64,000 nucleotides of DNA from Cirrosporium novae-zelandiae (Eukaryota). Below, in pieces: positions 24,618-36,147 of the stretch; positions within the stretch are counted from its first letter, which is position 1, and each line of letters starts with the position of its first letter. The translations under genes were made by a program, and so were the position numbers. The stretch covers positions 186,001-250,000 of the forward strand of contig JAPETS010000027.1 in the NCBI GenBank assembly GCA_026023565.1, written 5' to 3'. The notes under the pieces are model-generated. The model was given only the letters and a program-made list of their open reading frames with translations. It searched no databases and was not told where the DNA came from.

Positions 24618-26923
24618 ATGTTCTTCAGGCATGCACAGAGAGGAAGCTCAAAGCTGCAGAGACTACTAGTCCGGCCAAACCCCAAATTAAATCTCCTTTT
24701 ACCCATTTCCATCGTCGTTCCAAGAATATCAAATCCTATTGTTGTATCTTTCTCATCCTCTTCTTCTTCTTCTTTTTCTTCTCAAATATCAGCAGCAGCA
24801 GCGGTTAGTCATCAACACGCCATGGCTACAGCATCACAAATCCACCTTTCCACGGCTGTGAAACCCCAATTTGCGATTCCATTGTCGTCGTCGTCGTCGG
24901 ATGAATCTGCGAAAAAGACCTCGGAGCTGTTGCAGGATAATCATGAGAAGTATCATATCTTCTTTAATGAATCTGGATTTCATAGTATGGCTTGCCCCCT
25001 CGTTTTCTTTCCTGGATTTCTTTCATATGCAAGGCCGTTCATTATGTGATTGGTTTTTGAATCATTGGTCGCATTTTTGTTACGTCGTGGTATTTTTATC
25101 CCTTTATTCCTCCCTTTATCTCTTTATTCCCCTCCTCGTCCCTCTTTTTTTTGTCGTTGTATGGTGCCTGAGAGGTACTGGAATAATAAAATTCGGTTCT
25201 AGAGGGTTTTAAATGTGGCATATAAATAACATGATTAGGAAATATCCTTTTTTCTGGGGTTACAAGTCTTGATGTCTTTCTGTTTAGTCGGTTGATACTT
25301 ATGGACTTGGCGGTGCACTGATTTGCTGCTGATTTAATATGAGAGCCCTAAATCCCTTTTCTCAACCTTCGTTATTTTAGGAATGCGAAAATTCCAAGGG
25401 GAGACCTACGATAAAATATTCTGCTGTTTCTCTACAAGTACAAGCACAAGCACCAGGTCGTCAATTGGATCCCAGAATTCCCAACTCTATTTTTGTTTTT
25501 ATATCCCACTGATTATTTATTTACATATCCACAGACCACATAGTCCATCACCTCCTAACCCTCTACGCCCTCGGCGCCTCACCATCTACTATCCAATATG
25601 GCTACGACCTCAACAGAGGACACCAAAGGCCCCAATTCCCCGTCTCAGAAAAAGTCGTGGAGGACATGTCTCACGGCCCCCTTAGCCAATATCTCGGAAA
25701 AGAGAAGCATTATCACGATTTCGTAACCTTTTTTCAACGCGAGATTGATGTTCATGGCTGCGAGAATGTGGTTAATCGATTCCTGTTCCGAGGTGATGAG
25801 CAGGCGAACGATTTACTAGGGAGAATGTTTGCAGGTAGGCCTACTATCTAGCCTCTATTGTTGTTGTCCCTCTTTCTTTCCTTCATGTCAAGATGCAAAA
25901 GAAGACGAGAATAGCTTATAAAACCCTATATTAAAGGCTTTTTACACCCCATAATCCACCTCGGTTTTGGAATCGAATTCCAACAACCAGCCATAATTGC
26001 CGAAGCCCTTGCCCAAGCCGCCGTCCACACAACCTGGACAGGCGAATACCTCCTAGCCGCTGAGGCGACCGCAACCAAAATCGACAACCCCACCTCAAAA
26101 TCCCTTTTCCAGCTCCTCGACGAAGCCCGCGCGGACAAAAAGCTAAGCTCCTCCGCCCACTGGGACGACGGCAACAAAATCCGAGACGGCATCATGGTCC
26201 GAGCGCCCGACGAGATGCTGCAGCTCGTAGCGCAGTATAACGTAAAACCAGCACAGCTAGAGGAAAAAACGGCTGAGATGATCAATGCGGCTGTGTATTT
26301 CGCCGGAGCGGCCCAACGACCCCCAAAACAAGTCAAGTTCGACTTCTTCTTCATGCATTGCGTCAACTGTTCCATCTTCTTCCCAACATTCCTCCACCAG
26401 TCCTGGATTGATCTGGCTGCCAAGTGTCGCCTGCTGGAGTGGAAGGGCCGCCTGGATCTCGCCATGTATGTTTCGCGACGCTCGCCTGACTTGCTGGTTG
26501 AGGAGATCGTGAAGTATGTGCCCAAGCACCCGGGGTCGTGGGAAGAGGCTATTGTTCCGAGGGCTTGCAGGTTTGAGGATGATGGGCATGCGTCTAAGCT
26601 TGTTAGGGCGTTAGCGAATGGTGAGAGGGTTTGTAAACCGTTTGAAGAAGAGAAGAAGGGGTTTAGGATTAAGGGGGATATGTGGTTGCAGCTGGGACAT
26701 ATGGGTAAGCAAGCCGATGTATTTTTATTCCATTCTATCCTATTCTACTACAAAGCTTGAAGTTTCCTTCCTTTTTTTAGTAGTAAGATTGGAGCTGACT
26801 CTGGGTGTTTCGGTGTGTGTCTTACTAGCTATCGATTCCGTCGAAGATACTGGGGAAGACTGGGTCAGATCTGCTGGCTTCGATGAAGCTTGGCAGAAAT
26901 TTGGTAACAGGGCTCGTCTGTAG
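24618..26923 (+). CDS. Questin-oxidase / HypA (AflY)-like oxidoreductase; introns 24985-25534, about 25835-25936 and about 26705-26828; alternative start 24822
   Basis: Spliced 'HIFFNESGFHNHIVHHLLTLYALGA', 'AGFLHPIIHLGFGIEFQQPAIIAEALAQAAVH', 'DFFFMHCVN', 'DDGHASKLVRAL', 'WVRSAGF'. Confidence 0.88.
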
Positions 26924-27911
26924 CTATCTATCTATCTATGGTGGTAGAGAGAACCGTTCCGCTTTCAAAACTGAGGAAAGTAGCATGTTATTTATTGATG
27001 AAATTGAATAAAAAAAAGGATTTTAGGATGCCTATGCTTATTTCGATGATGTAGTAATTAAAAAAAACACGATCCTTTTTCGTTAGTACTTTCTAGAAGA
27101 TAGGTCAAGGATGGGGATTAAAAAAAAAGTTATATTAAATTTTATTCTTTCATACAAAGCAAAAGCCTCCTCGGTCGTCATTTGTTTCACCTGAGAAGGC
27201 CTCCCTAAAAATGCGCAGGTAAATTTTGTTGTTCTTGAATCTGGACTATGTATATACTGTAGTGTCACTTTTTATTAGTTTCATCCTCGGATGGATAGAT
27301 AGATTTGACTCCAGAAGTATAGTTACGAAATCTTATCATAACATATATCACATAGGAGTTAAAATCATCGTGAAAGCTAGGAAAGGTAAGTATTCCTCGA
27401 ATTTTCTAATCGTACTGTATATCATTTTCCAACAAGTCCCCGATATTACGACGGTCAATCAGCACTTGCTAACCATACATGCTGTGGTTATATATTGTCA
27501 TCTTCATACGACTTTGCCACGGGTGTTCCTTGCTCTTCCCCGCCAATCTAGAAGTCAAGTTTTATACAGCACTTACGATATTGTGATGTTGGTGAGGGAT
27601 AGGGATATCCGTTACGTGGAATGTTATAGCACGTGTTTTCATTCAAATTCGAATTTCATTGCTTAGTGATCGGCATCTAGAGATCCTTTAATATTAGTCC
27701 AATGGCATATAATATGAACGAACCGATGTTCAATAATTCGCTGAGCTTACTTGATATAATCTGCCCCTTTCCTCCACCCAATGAAACCTGGTGATATGTT
27801 GCTACTTGCAGGATAATGACTGCGTAACTTTGGTTGTTACTGACACGATAACTTTTAAAACAATCGATCTTATCTCGAGAAGAGTTCAAGAAATAACCTA
27901 GAATGAACAAA

Positions 27912-29380
27912 TTAAGATAGTAGATCGGCAACTAATATGAAAATTAGTAAGTTCTCTTCGCTCAGCAGATACCGAATATTTACCATTCATTGGCATCTCG
28001 TCGATTTGGGTCGAGTAATACACTGTGTGGGGTTAGTTTTGAATAGGAACGGGCAAAGATGGACCAGTAAGACACTCACATTCGATATCCCGGAGAATTC
28101 TAACGTCCTCGCTTGTGACAAAGTTGATGGCAACACCTTTCCTGCCAAACCTTCCGCTTCTGCCAATACGATGAATATAGTTCTCACGGTCACTTGGAAG
28201 GTCATAGTTGATGACCAAGGACACCTGCTGAACGTCGATTCCACGTGCCCAAACATCGGTTGAGATCAATACACGAGAGTTTCCTTGGCGGAAATCTTGC
28301 ATAATGCTATCTCTTTCCTTCTGGGGCATTTCACCATGCATCGACGAAACAGTGAAATTTGCTTCACGCATTTTGTCAGTCAGCCAATCAACCTTTCTGC
28401 GAGTGTTGCAGAAGATAACGGCTTGGGTAATTGTTAGAGTATCATAAAGGTCGCAGAGCGTGTCAAATTTCCATTCTTCTTTCTCAACAGCAATAAAGTA
28501 CTGTTTGAGACCTTCCAGTGTCAATTCATCACGTTTGACGAGGATCCTAACCGGGTCTGTCATGAATTTCGTCGTCATATCCAAAACATCGTAGGGTAGT
28601 GTAGCAGATACAACAACGACTTGGGTGGCAGGGGGGAGGTAACGGTACACATCGTAGATCTGCTCTCTAAACCCACGGTTGAGCAGTTCATCTGCTTCGT
28701 CGAGGACCAACATCTTAATGTGACGGGTTCGAAGATTCCGGCGCCTGATCATGTCCGCGACTCTACCTGGGGTACCGGAGACAACGTGCTGGCCGTAGTC
28801 AAGTTTCCGGATATCGTCACCCACATTGGTGCCACCAATGCAGGCGTGACATTGGACATTCATGTAGTCTCCAAGTGCCATAATGACCTGTTGAATTTGT
28901 GTTGCAAGTTCACGAGTTGGAGACAGGACAAGTGCTAAGAAAATGTATCAGCAGCTAAATATCGAGAGATGGAAAATATAGTATAAACCTTGGGTTTCTC
29001 TAATAGCAGTGTCAATCACCTGGAGAATGCTGATAGAGAACGTAGCTGTTTTTCCTGTTCCTGATTGTGCTTGCGCAATAGTATCTCTACCCTTGCAGAT
29101 TTGTACAATAGCGCGGGACTGAACAGCAGAGGGAGACTCGTAACCATATGCATAAATTCCTCGAAGCAGATTCTCCTTCAATTTCATCTCCTCGAAAGTC
29201 GGCGCACTAGGGTAGCATATGAGTAAAACTCCAGGCTTCATTAGGAATCTTTACTTACACAGACACCTCCTTGGAGGTCGAGAACTCCATTCGCTCTGAA
29301 AATCGGTTAACAAATATCACCTGGATAATGGCGAATTAGAGCTAGCTACCTTCAGCGTTCCTGTCGATTCCGTCTGCCAT
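27912..29380 (-). CDS. FAL1: DEAD-box helicase eIF4A-III / Fal1 (exon-junction complex), multi-exon
   Basis: '[10 protein letters not shown]', '[14 protein letters not shown]', '[10 protein letters not shown]', '[13 protein letters not shown]', spliced end '[14 protein letters not shown]'. Confidence 0.96.
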
Positions 29381-29730
29381 TTTGAATGTGTATGTTATCG
29401 AATGCTTCTGGGATAGGATCAAAGGAAGCTTTACGAAGTTGCGATAAAAGTAAAGCAATGGAGAAACCAGGTACGACAGGTTTGGTTGTTTTAAGTGATA
29501 AAGTTGCCTCTCCAGTACGTAGATTGGGTTCCCTTGGTTGGCTGCTAAAAAAATTGGAGAACGCGCCAAGACTGGTCAACTTGCTGTACCTTATTAGCTC
29601 AACGTACCAATACTATGCGAGTTATAGTAGCATTCACAGCTACAATTAACTACAACCTCCGAACTAAAGAATTAATTTAATTGTTTCTTCACTATTACCT
29701 GTGAACAACGTTGATTCCGTCTTATTTACA

Positions 29731-31358
29731 ATGTATCTCGAGGATCAAAGACACATACACGAGGATTTGGAACGGTTGGAACAAGGTATCAGTGACCGGA
29801 TATTGGAAGACCCAAAAAATGTCAGTATATTCAATTCAAATGCCATAGACACGATTACTGACTACCTTTCTATTCCCTTAGATTAAAGATCACCTAAGCA
29901 GAGACCATCAAATAGCAAGTTTTCTGGATCGTATTCAAGAACAATCCCAGCGCCTGCTAGATATTTACAAAGATGCCGAGGGCCTTCGCGCAAAGGAGAT
30001 TCGGTCCGTATCGACAGGCGATCCATTCGACGAATTTTATCGCCGACTTGAAGATATAAAACAATTCCATCGCCAATATCCCAATGAACCGGTAGAGAAT
30101 CTAGAAAGGGCATACAAACAAAAGGCCCCAGGCGAAGGAGACTTTGTGACATCGGAGATCGAACATATGTTTACAGGCGAGGAGTCATATGGGCGATTCT
30201 TGGACCTTACAACTCACCATGAAGAATATCTCAATCTTCCAGGTATCAAGCGACTTAACTACCTCCACTACCTTGATGCCTTTGATCATTTCGGTCCACC
30301 TCAAATGGCTATGAAGAAGTCTGATAAGATGTCTGATCGCTACTTCAAATACCTGGGCAATTTGGTTAAATACCTCGAGGGGTTTATGCGACGCACCAAA
30401 CCTCTGGAGGATTTGGACAAGCTCTTCTCTTCTTTCGATGAGGAATTCGAGAAGGATTGGGCCGCCGACAAGGTGTCGGGATGGGGCAGTAGAAATTCGC
30501 AAACTGCATCAACTGGACCAAAAACCGAGGGGACTGGTGAGGGAATATGGTGCCAGGCTTGCGAAAAAGAATTCAGTAACCAGAATGTGTATAAGAATCA
30601 CTTGACAGGGAAGAAGCATATCCGAGCAGCGGCAGCTAAAGAAGCCAACGGCCAGGGTGAAGCAGAGGGTTCCACCAATGGCCCCACCAACCATTCTATA
30701 TCGGTTCAGCGTCTCAAAGAGCGTGCCATCGCCGATCGGGAATTTCGTATACAGAAGCTAACGGCAGTCTTACAGCGAGAACGTACCGACACTCGTGTCA
30801 ACGTCGAACGCAAGCAAGGCATGACTGAACGTGAACGCGAAATGGAACTCGAAGCGCTTTATGCTGAGGATAATGAACCTACTGCAGCCGGGCGAGATGA
30901 GGATTCTGACTCGGATGGAGAAGAAAAGATCTACAATCCTCTTAAGCTACCCTTGGCATGGGATGGAAAACCAATTCCTTACTGGCTATATAAGTTACAT
31001 GGTCTGGGGGTCGAATTTCCATGCGAAATATGCGGCAACTTTGTATACATGGGCCGTCGAGCTTTCGACAAGCACTTTAGTGAATCACGCCACATCTATG
31101 GGTTGAAGTGTTTGGGCATCACCAACACAACACTCTTCCGGGAGATTACGGGCATACAGGATGCTTTAAACCTCTGGAACAAGATACAATCTGACAAGAA
31201 GAAGGAAAAGACAGGGACAGAAAACGTTGTGCAGATGGAGGATGCTGATGGGAATGTCATGCCTGAAAAGGTTTATTATGAGTACGTTTATCCCGTCTAC
31301 TCTACTTTATAAACTTTACTAACTTAGTACTAGTCTTCAAAAGCAAGGACTTTTGTGA
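29731..31358 (+). CDS. PRP9: Splicing factor SF3a60 (Prp9/Sap61); introns 29821-29881 and 31282-31333
   Basis: 'LEDQRHIHEDLERLEQ', 'FTGEESYGRFLDL', 'IYNPLKLPLAWDGKPIPYWLYKLHGLG', zinc finger 'CEICGNFVYMGRRAFDKHF', end 'DLQKQGLL*'. Confidence 0.96.
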
Positions 31359-33426
31359 TCCAGGTCTGGTTTTCGTCAGCTAGCGCAAATGGTCACCACG
31401 ATATATGACACCCGAGTGGCCGCCGCAAGGGTAAAGTGCATTACCGCAAAGGGATTTTCAAATTGTAGCCTGGCTTCGCCCTTAAACGGTTATCGATTCC
31501 CTTACTGAAAGTAATTTAGGTTGATCTTCAATTCGTATCCAAGAGATCCCCGCATTGGAATCTGGGTTACAAGGCTTTGTATCCTTTGATGTCTGCAACC
31601 TCGAATTGGGGAGGGATGGGGCTGCAGGAGTTGGTGGGGTAACGGGAGGGAAGGGGTGTGAAGCGGGAATGTCTGTTCCCATGGACGAAATTTGGGACGA
31701 ATCCCAAGAGAAGAGAGGCCTGCAGGTTCGGTAACTTATCAATAAATATGCAATTACTTTCAACGTGAATGGTAAGGCACACATACATGATATGGTAGCG
31801 ATATGGACCTATCCCTATCATAAGAAAAGAACGGATAGAGCCTTGCGCATGGTAGATATGGTGGATATGGAAATAAGGCAGTGTACTGTATATGGAATAG
31901 TCTATGTCCTTTAGTTTAGATACCTGACTCATCCGCCAATACTTTTTATGGTCAGTCGTAAAGTATCTCAAGATATAATTTTACGGGAATAAAAAAAACA
32001 TGATCAGGTAGTCTAATGTGGGGGTTTTTTTAAGGACCCGGTGAGACCGAGAGCGTAATTTCATACATCATCACCACAAGTAAAACTTAATTGACATGGT
32101 TTTTGTTTCTTCCACGAAGTACTGTAGAAATAATAATAAATCTCATCACAAGGTACATTATTCATTAAATTATTATGAATAAAAAAAGTGGAAACATATC
32201 TATCCATTACCTACTTATTTGCTTATTATTATTATTTTCCTTTTGCTTATTAGATACCCCGAAGGGAAGGTTCAAAATTAGAACTCGGGTTGATTTTTGG
32301 CCGTTTGGTGAGTGACACAACTTGAATCATTACCAATGTATTGCAGTGCGGCGCTTCGCCTAAAGGTCTAGAGAAGCTTCTTTTTTGCATAAAGTAACAC
32401 TAAAGAACGTGGGCAAAGAAAAAACCGGCAAACCGGCAAATACGGAAACGAAGCCTCGTTAACGGTTAGGGCTGTGGAACACCTGGATATATTAGGGAAG
32501 TTACGTAGTTTTTTTTGTCTTTCTTTCCTTGCTTGGAAAGTACGAAGTTAATTTTAATTACGAGTTACGACTGAAATGTTAAGAAATGGTAGTTGCCTAG
32601 GTACCGAGGTACCCTAAATCATTCTCTTTATCGTCAGCACCGAGTGGTGTCAGGTTTACTGTGGTTAGTGGTCATAATGGGACTAGTTTCCTCAAGCTAA
32701 AGGCTTGCGGAACACAAATTACTACATGCAGAACAAAATTAGGCATAACTTGCACATAAAATGCATGGATAAGATTGGATAAGATGTATAAGACTGTATA
32801 GATGGGATAAAATGACATAAACCCAATTGTTTCCAGTGGTTCGGTAATCTAAATCCCCTGCTCGACCCGCGCCACCAAAGAATTGTCAGAGTGCGGTAGG
32901 CCTTACCGTAGATGGATATTTCGAATGTCCCATGTCCACCCCCCCCATGTACCCAAGAGAAAACTATCAACCTAACAGCAAAAAAAATCGTCATGAGTCG
33001 AGGCTTGATTCGATATTTGGTAGTATCTCCGCTCTCTAATTCCTTGGAGTCAGTCGGCATCAATGAAAAATCCTCCCGATAATAACAACTGGTCCAAGAC
33101 CCTCCCTTTTATTATCCACCTGCTGTAGCTGTAATATTTTTTCTCTTTATAAGACTTGAGCATCCAGGGTCTGCAGTGCTCACATTCTCCCCCCTCACCT
33201 CTTTTCCTCTTCACGCCCTTTGGTGAAAATCTTTCTTTCTATCTTTCTCCTGGCCATCTTCGCCTTCCTCGATCCTCGAGGTTCTCTTTGAGATAACATT
33301 AATTGTAATAATTAGCTTTCTTTTTATCCCCACCAATATTCCTCTATCAAACACCTGGGACCCCGTTCCCCCTTTGACATATATAATTTGCGGCGCAGGC
33401 GCAATTACGACCTCACTGTTTCAGTC

Positions 33427-35397
33427 ATGAGCAGTTCCTCCTCCTCATCTTCGTCTTCGTCCACCGTGGATGTTGATGTCGAATCACAAAAAAATACCCC
33501 ACACGTTAATCACCTAAAGCTCGTTGCCTCCCAAGCCTTCGTCACAAAAGAAGTTCTCGAATACAAATATGCCGGGTCGGGAACCGAGGAAGATCCTTAT
33601 CTAGTGGAGTTCTTGCACAATGATCCCCGAAATCCTATGCGCTGGCCAACATGGAAAAAGTGGTTCGTCACTTTGACCGTAGCCGTCGCAACTCTAGCTG
33701 TCGCTTTTGTCTCGTCCGCATATTCGGGGGGTATTGTTCAAATTATGGAGCAGTTTGACATTTCGTCCGAAGTTGCAACCTTGGGGATTTCTCTGTTCGT
33801 GCTTGGATTCGCCATTGGACCGCTGATGTGGGCTCCCCTCAGTGAGATGTATGGGCGGCAGAAGCTTTTCTTCTATACCTATGCTCTTCTTACTGCTTTT
33901 AACGCTGGTGCTGCTGGCGCACAGAATGCGGAAACTCTTATTATTCTGCGATTCCTCGCTGGCGCTTTTGGATCCTCACCCCTGACGAATGCCGGAGGTG
34001 TTATTGCGGACCTGTTTCCTGCTAACGAAAGAGGGCTTGCCATGAGTCTTTTCTCCGCTGCTCCTTTTATGGGACCTGTACTAGGTAAGATTTCATCAAT
34101 TTTGAAGATGTGATGGGTGAATAGCACAGCTGACTTGCGCGAAAGGTCCAATTGTTGGTGGATTTGTTGGTGAATCTATTGGGTGGCGATGGGTTGAAGG
34201 CATTATGGCTATCTTCACCGGTGTACTCTGGATTGTTGGAACAGCCGTAGTTCCAGAAACATATGCCCCCGTCTTACTTCGCCAACGAGCCGCTGTCTTG
34301 TCAAAAAAGACAGGTAAAGTTTACATCAGTAGGCTCGACGCGCAAAGAGGACCAAAATCCATCAAAAACGAGTTCAAGGTTGCATTGTCTCGTCCGTGGG
34401 TATTGCTTTTCCAAGAACCTATTGTACTGCTTCTCTCTATTTATATGGCTATTATTTATGGCACCCTGGTAAGTTTTCGGCCTCAGTCAACATTCGCTGT
34501 TTTGGCTGAGGATTAACTAACATCCTCTAGTATATGTTATTTGCTGCTTTCCCGATCTGTTTTGAAGAAGCTCGTGGTTGGAGTCAAGGTATCAGCGGCC
34601 TTGCATTCATCGGAATTGCTGTTGGTATGCTAGGCGCCATCATTTTCAATATTCCTGCAAATAAGAGATACGCGAAAATCGCCGATGCATCGCCAAATGG
34701 TATGGCCCCTCCTGAAGCTAGATTGCCGCCAACAATTGTTGGAAGCATTGCAATTCCTGTAGGAATGTTTTGGTTTGCTTGGACTAATTACCCTTCGATT
34801 CATTGGATTGTTTCTATTATCGGGACTGTTTCTTTTGGATTCGGTGTCGTGCTCGTCTTCTTGAGCATCATGAATTACCTGATCGACTCCTATACCGTTT
34901 ACGCAGCATCCGTTCTTGCTGCTAACTCGGTTCTTCGATCGCTCTTTGGTGCAGCCTTTCCACTGTTCACCACATATATGTACCAAAACCTCGGCATCCA
35001 TTGGGCCTCTTCTATTCCCGCATTCTTAGCTTTGGCATGTGTACCCTTCCCCTTTCTCTTCTACAAGTATGGTGCAGGTATCAGGGAGAAATGCAAGTAT
35101 GCTGCACAGGCGGCAGAGTTCATGCGGCGGATGATGGAACAATCAGAGGAGCCGGCGGAGCCGGAGACATTGGAAAAAGAACCGACAAATGAGCTCCAAA
35201 GAACTGCTATAAACGAACCTGCCGACTTACCGGAGAAGGCCCAACCGAACGAGGGGGATGGAAACGAATCTGTCCAAATTGGAAGCTTGAAGGAGGAAAA
35301 GACTCCTCTAGACGAGAAATCCATAGACTCGACAGCTCTTGGAGAGAAGGCCGCGACAACAATAGGGCGACAAGACGAGGAAAATACTCGAAAATAA
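33427..35397 (+). CDS. MFS drug:H+ antiporter (DHA1 family); introns 34085-34145 and 34469-34530
   Basis: 'DPRNPMRW', '[14 protein letters not shown]', 'PETYAPVLL', 'PPEARL', '[23 protein letters not shown]'; about 12 hydrophobic segments. Confidence 0.92.
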
Positions 35398-36147
35398 AGG
35401 GTTACTATCACCTCTCACATTTACTCTAGCGTTCATGTTTTTCAAGAAGAAAAGTGACGAAGAGCATTGGCATTTTGGATTTTATTTTTTTCAGCGTTGG
35501 CGCAAGGGAAGAACTGGAAAAACTAGCTGAACTGGTCACTATATCGAGATGATTAAACGAGAGATTTCGTAGTAGTTTACCTAGATAGTTACATATATGT
35601 GCATATAGAATCAATATAGACTAATGATACCCACCATGGGCGGGGCAGTTGTTTATTTTTTTTTTAGTTTCTATATATTGACGTACCAATGTACAGATCT
35701 TCAAGCCGTCCCGGAAACAAAGATGGTCGGTGGGAAACTTGGACCAATTAAAGTATAACTCGGTTAAACTAAAAGGGGGCGTTCGTAGCTCGTTACTCCA
35801 ACGCATCATTTCTTTCTCACTCTGCTAATCCTCCAATTAATTCTCAATGCAAATAAAAGGCGGATCATGAAGCAATGGGAAAATCATCGTTTACTTTTTA
35901 CCCCTCTTCAGAGACTGATATCCAGTCGGGTGCTCAACCCCACCGTCTTTAAAACATGCTTTATACAGAGCTTGTTCCTCTAACCTTGAATTTCATTGAA
36001 GCTTGAAAGTCCAAGCTTGCTGCGCCTACGAATATTCTACGCTCAACCCGAAATTCCTCGCCTTTATCGTTCACTCTCTTCCTATCTATTCTCGAGCCAG
36101 GCTTTGGGATCCTAGTTTTCAGGAATTTGGTCAGAAAACAAATCAAG

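Noticed and set aside
25161..25220. GGTGCCTGAGAGGTAC, similar to the 5' half of a TPP riboswitch, inside the long intron
   Set aside because: The downstream CTTGAT-x-GGATAAT-CC-GCG core is absent and the host gene is unrelated to thiamine
31482..31971. Minus-strand ORFs of 100-134 aa downstream of PRP9
   Set aside because: No recognisable domain or consistent splice model, and no ncRNA signature I could confirm
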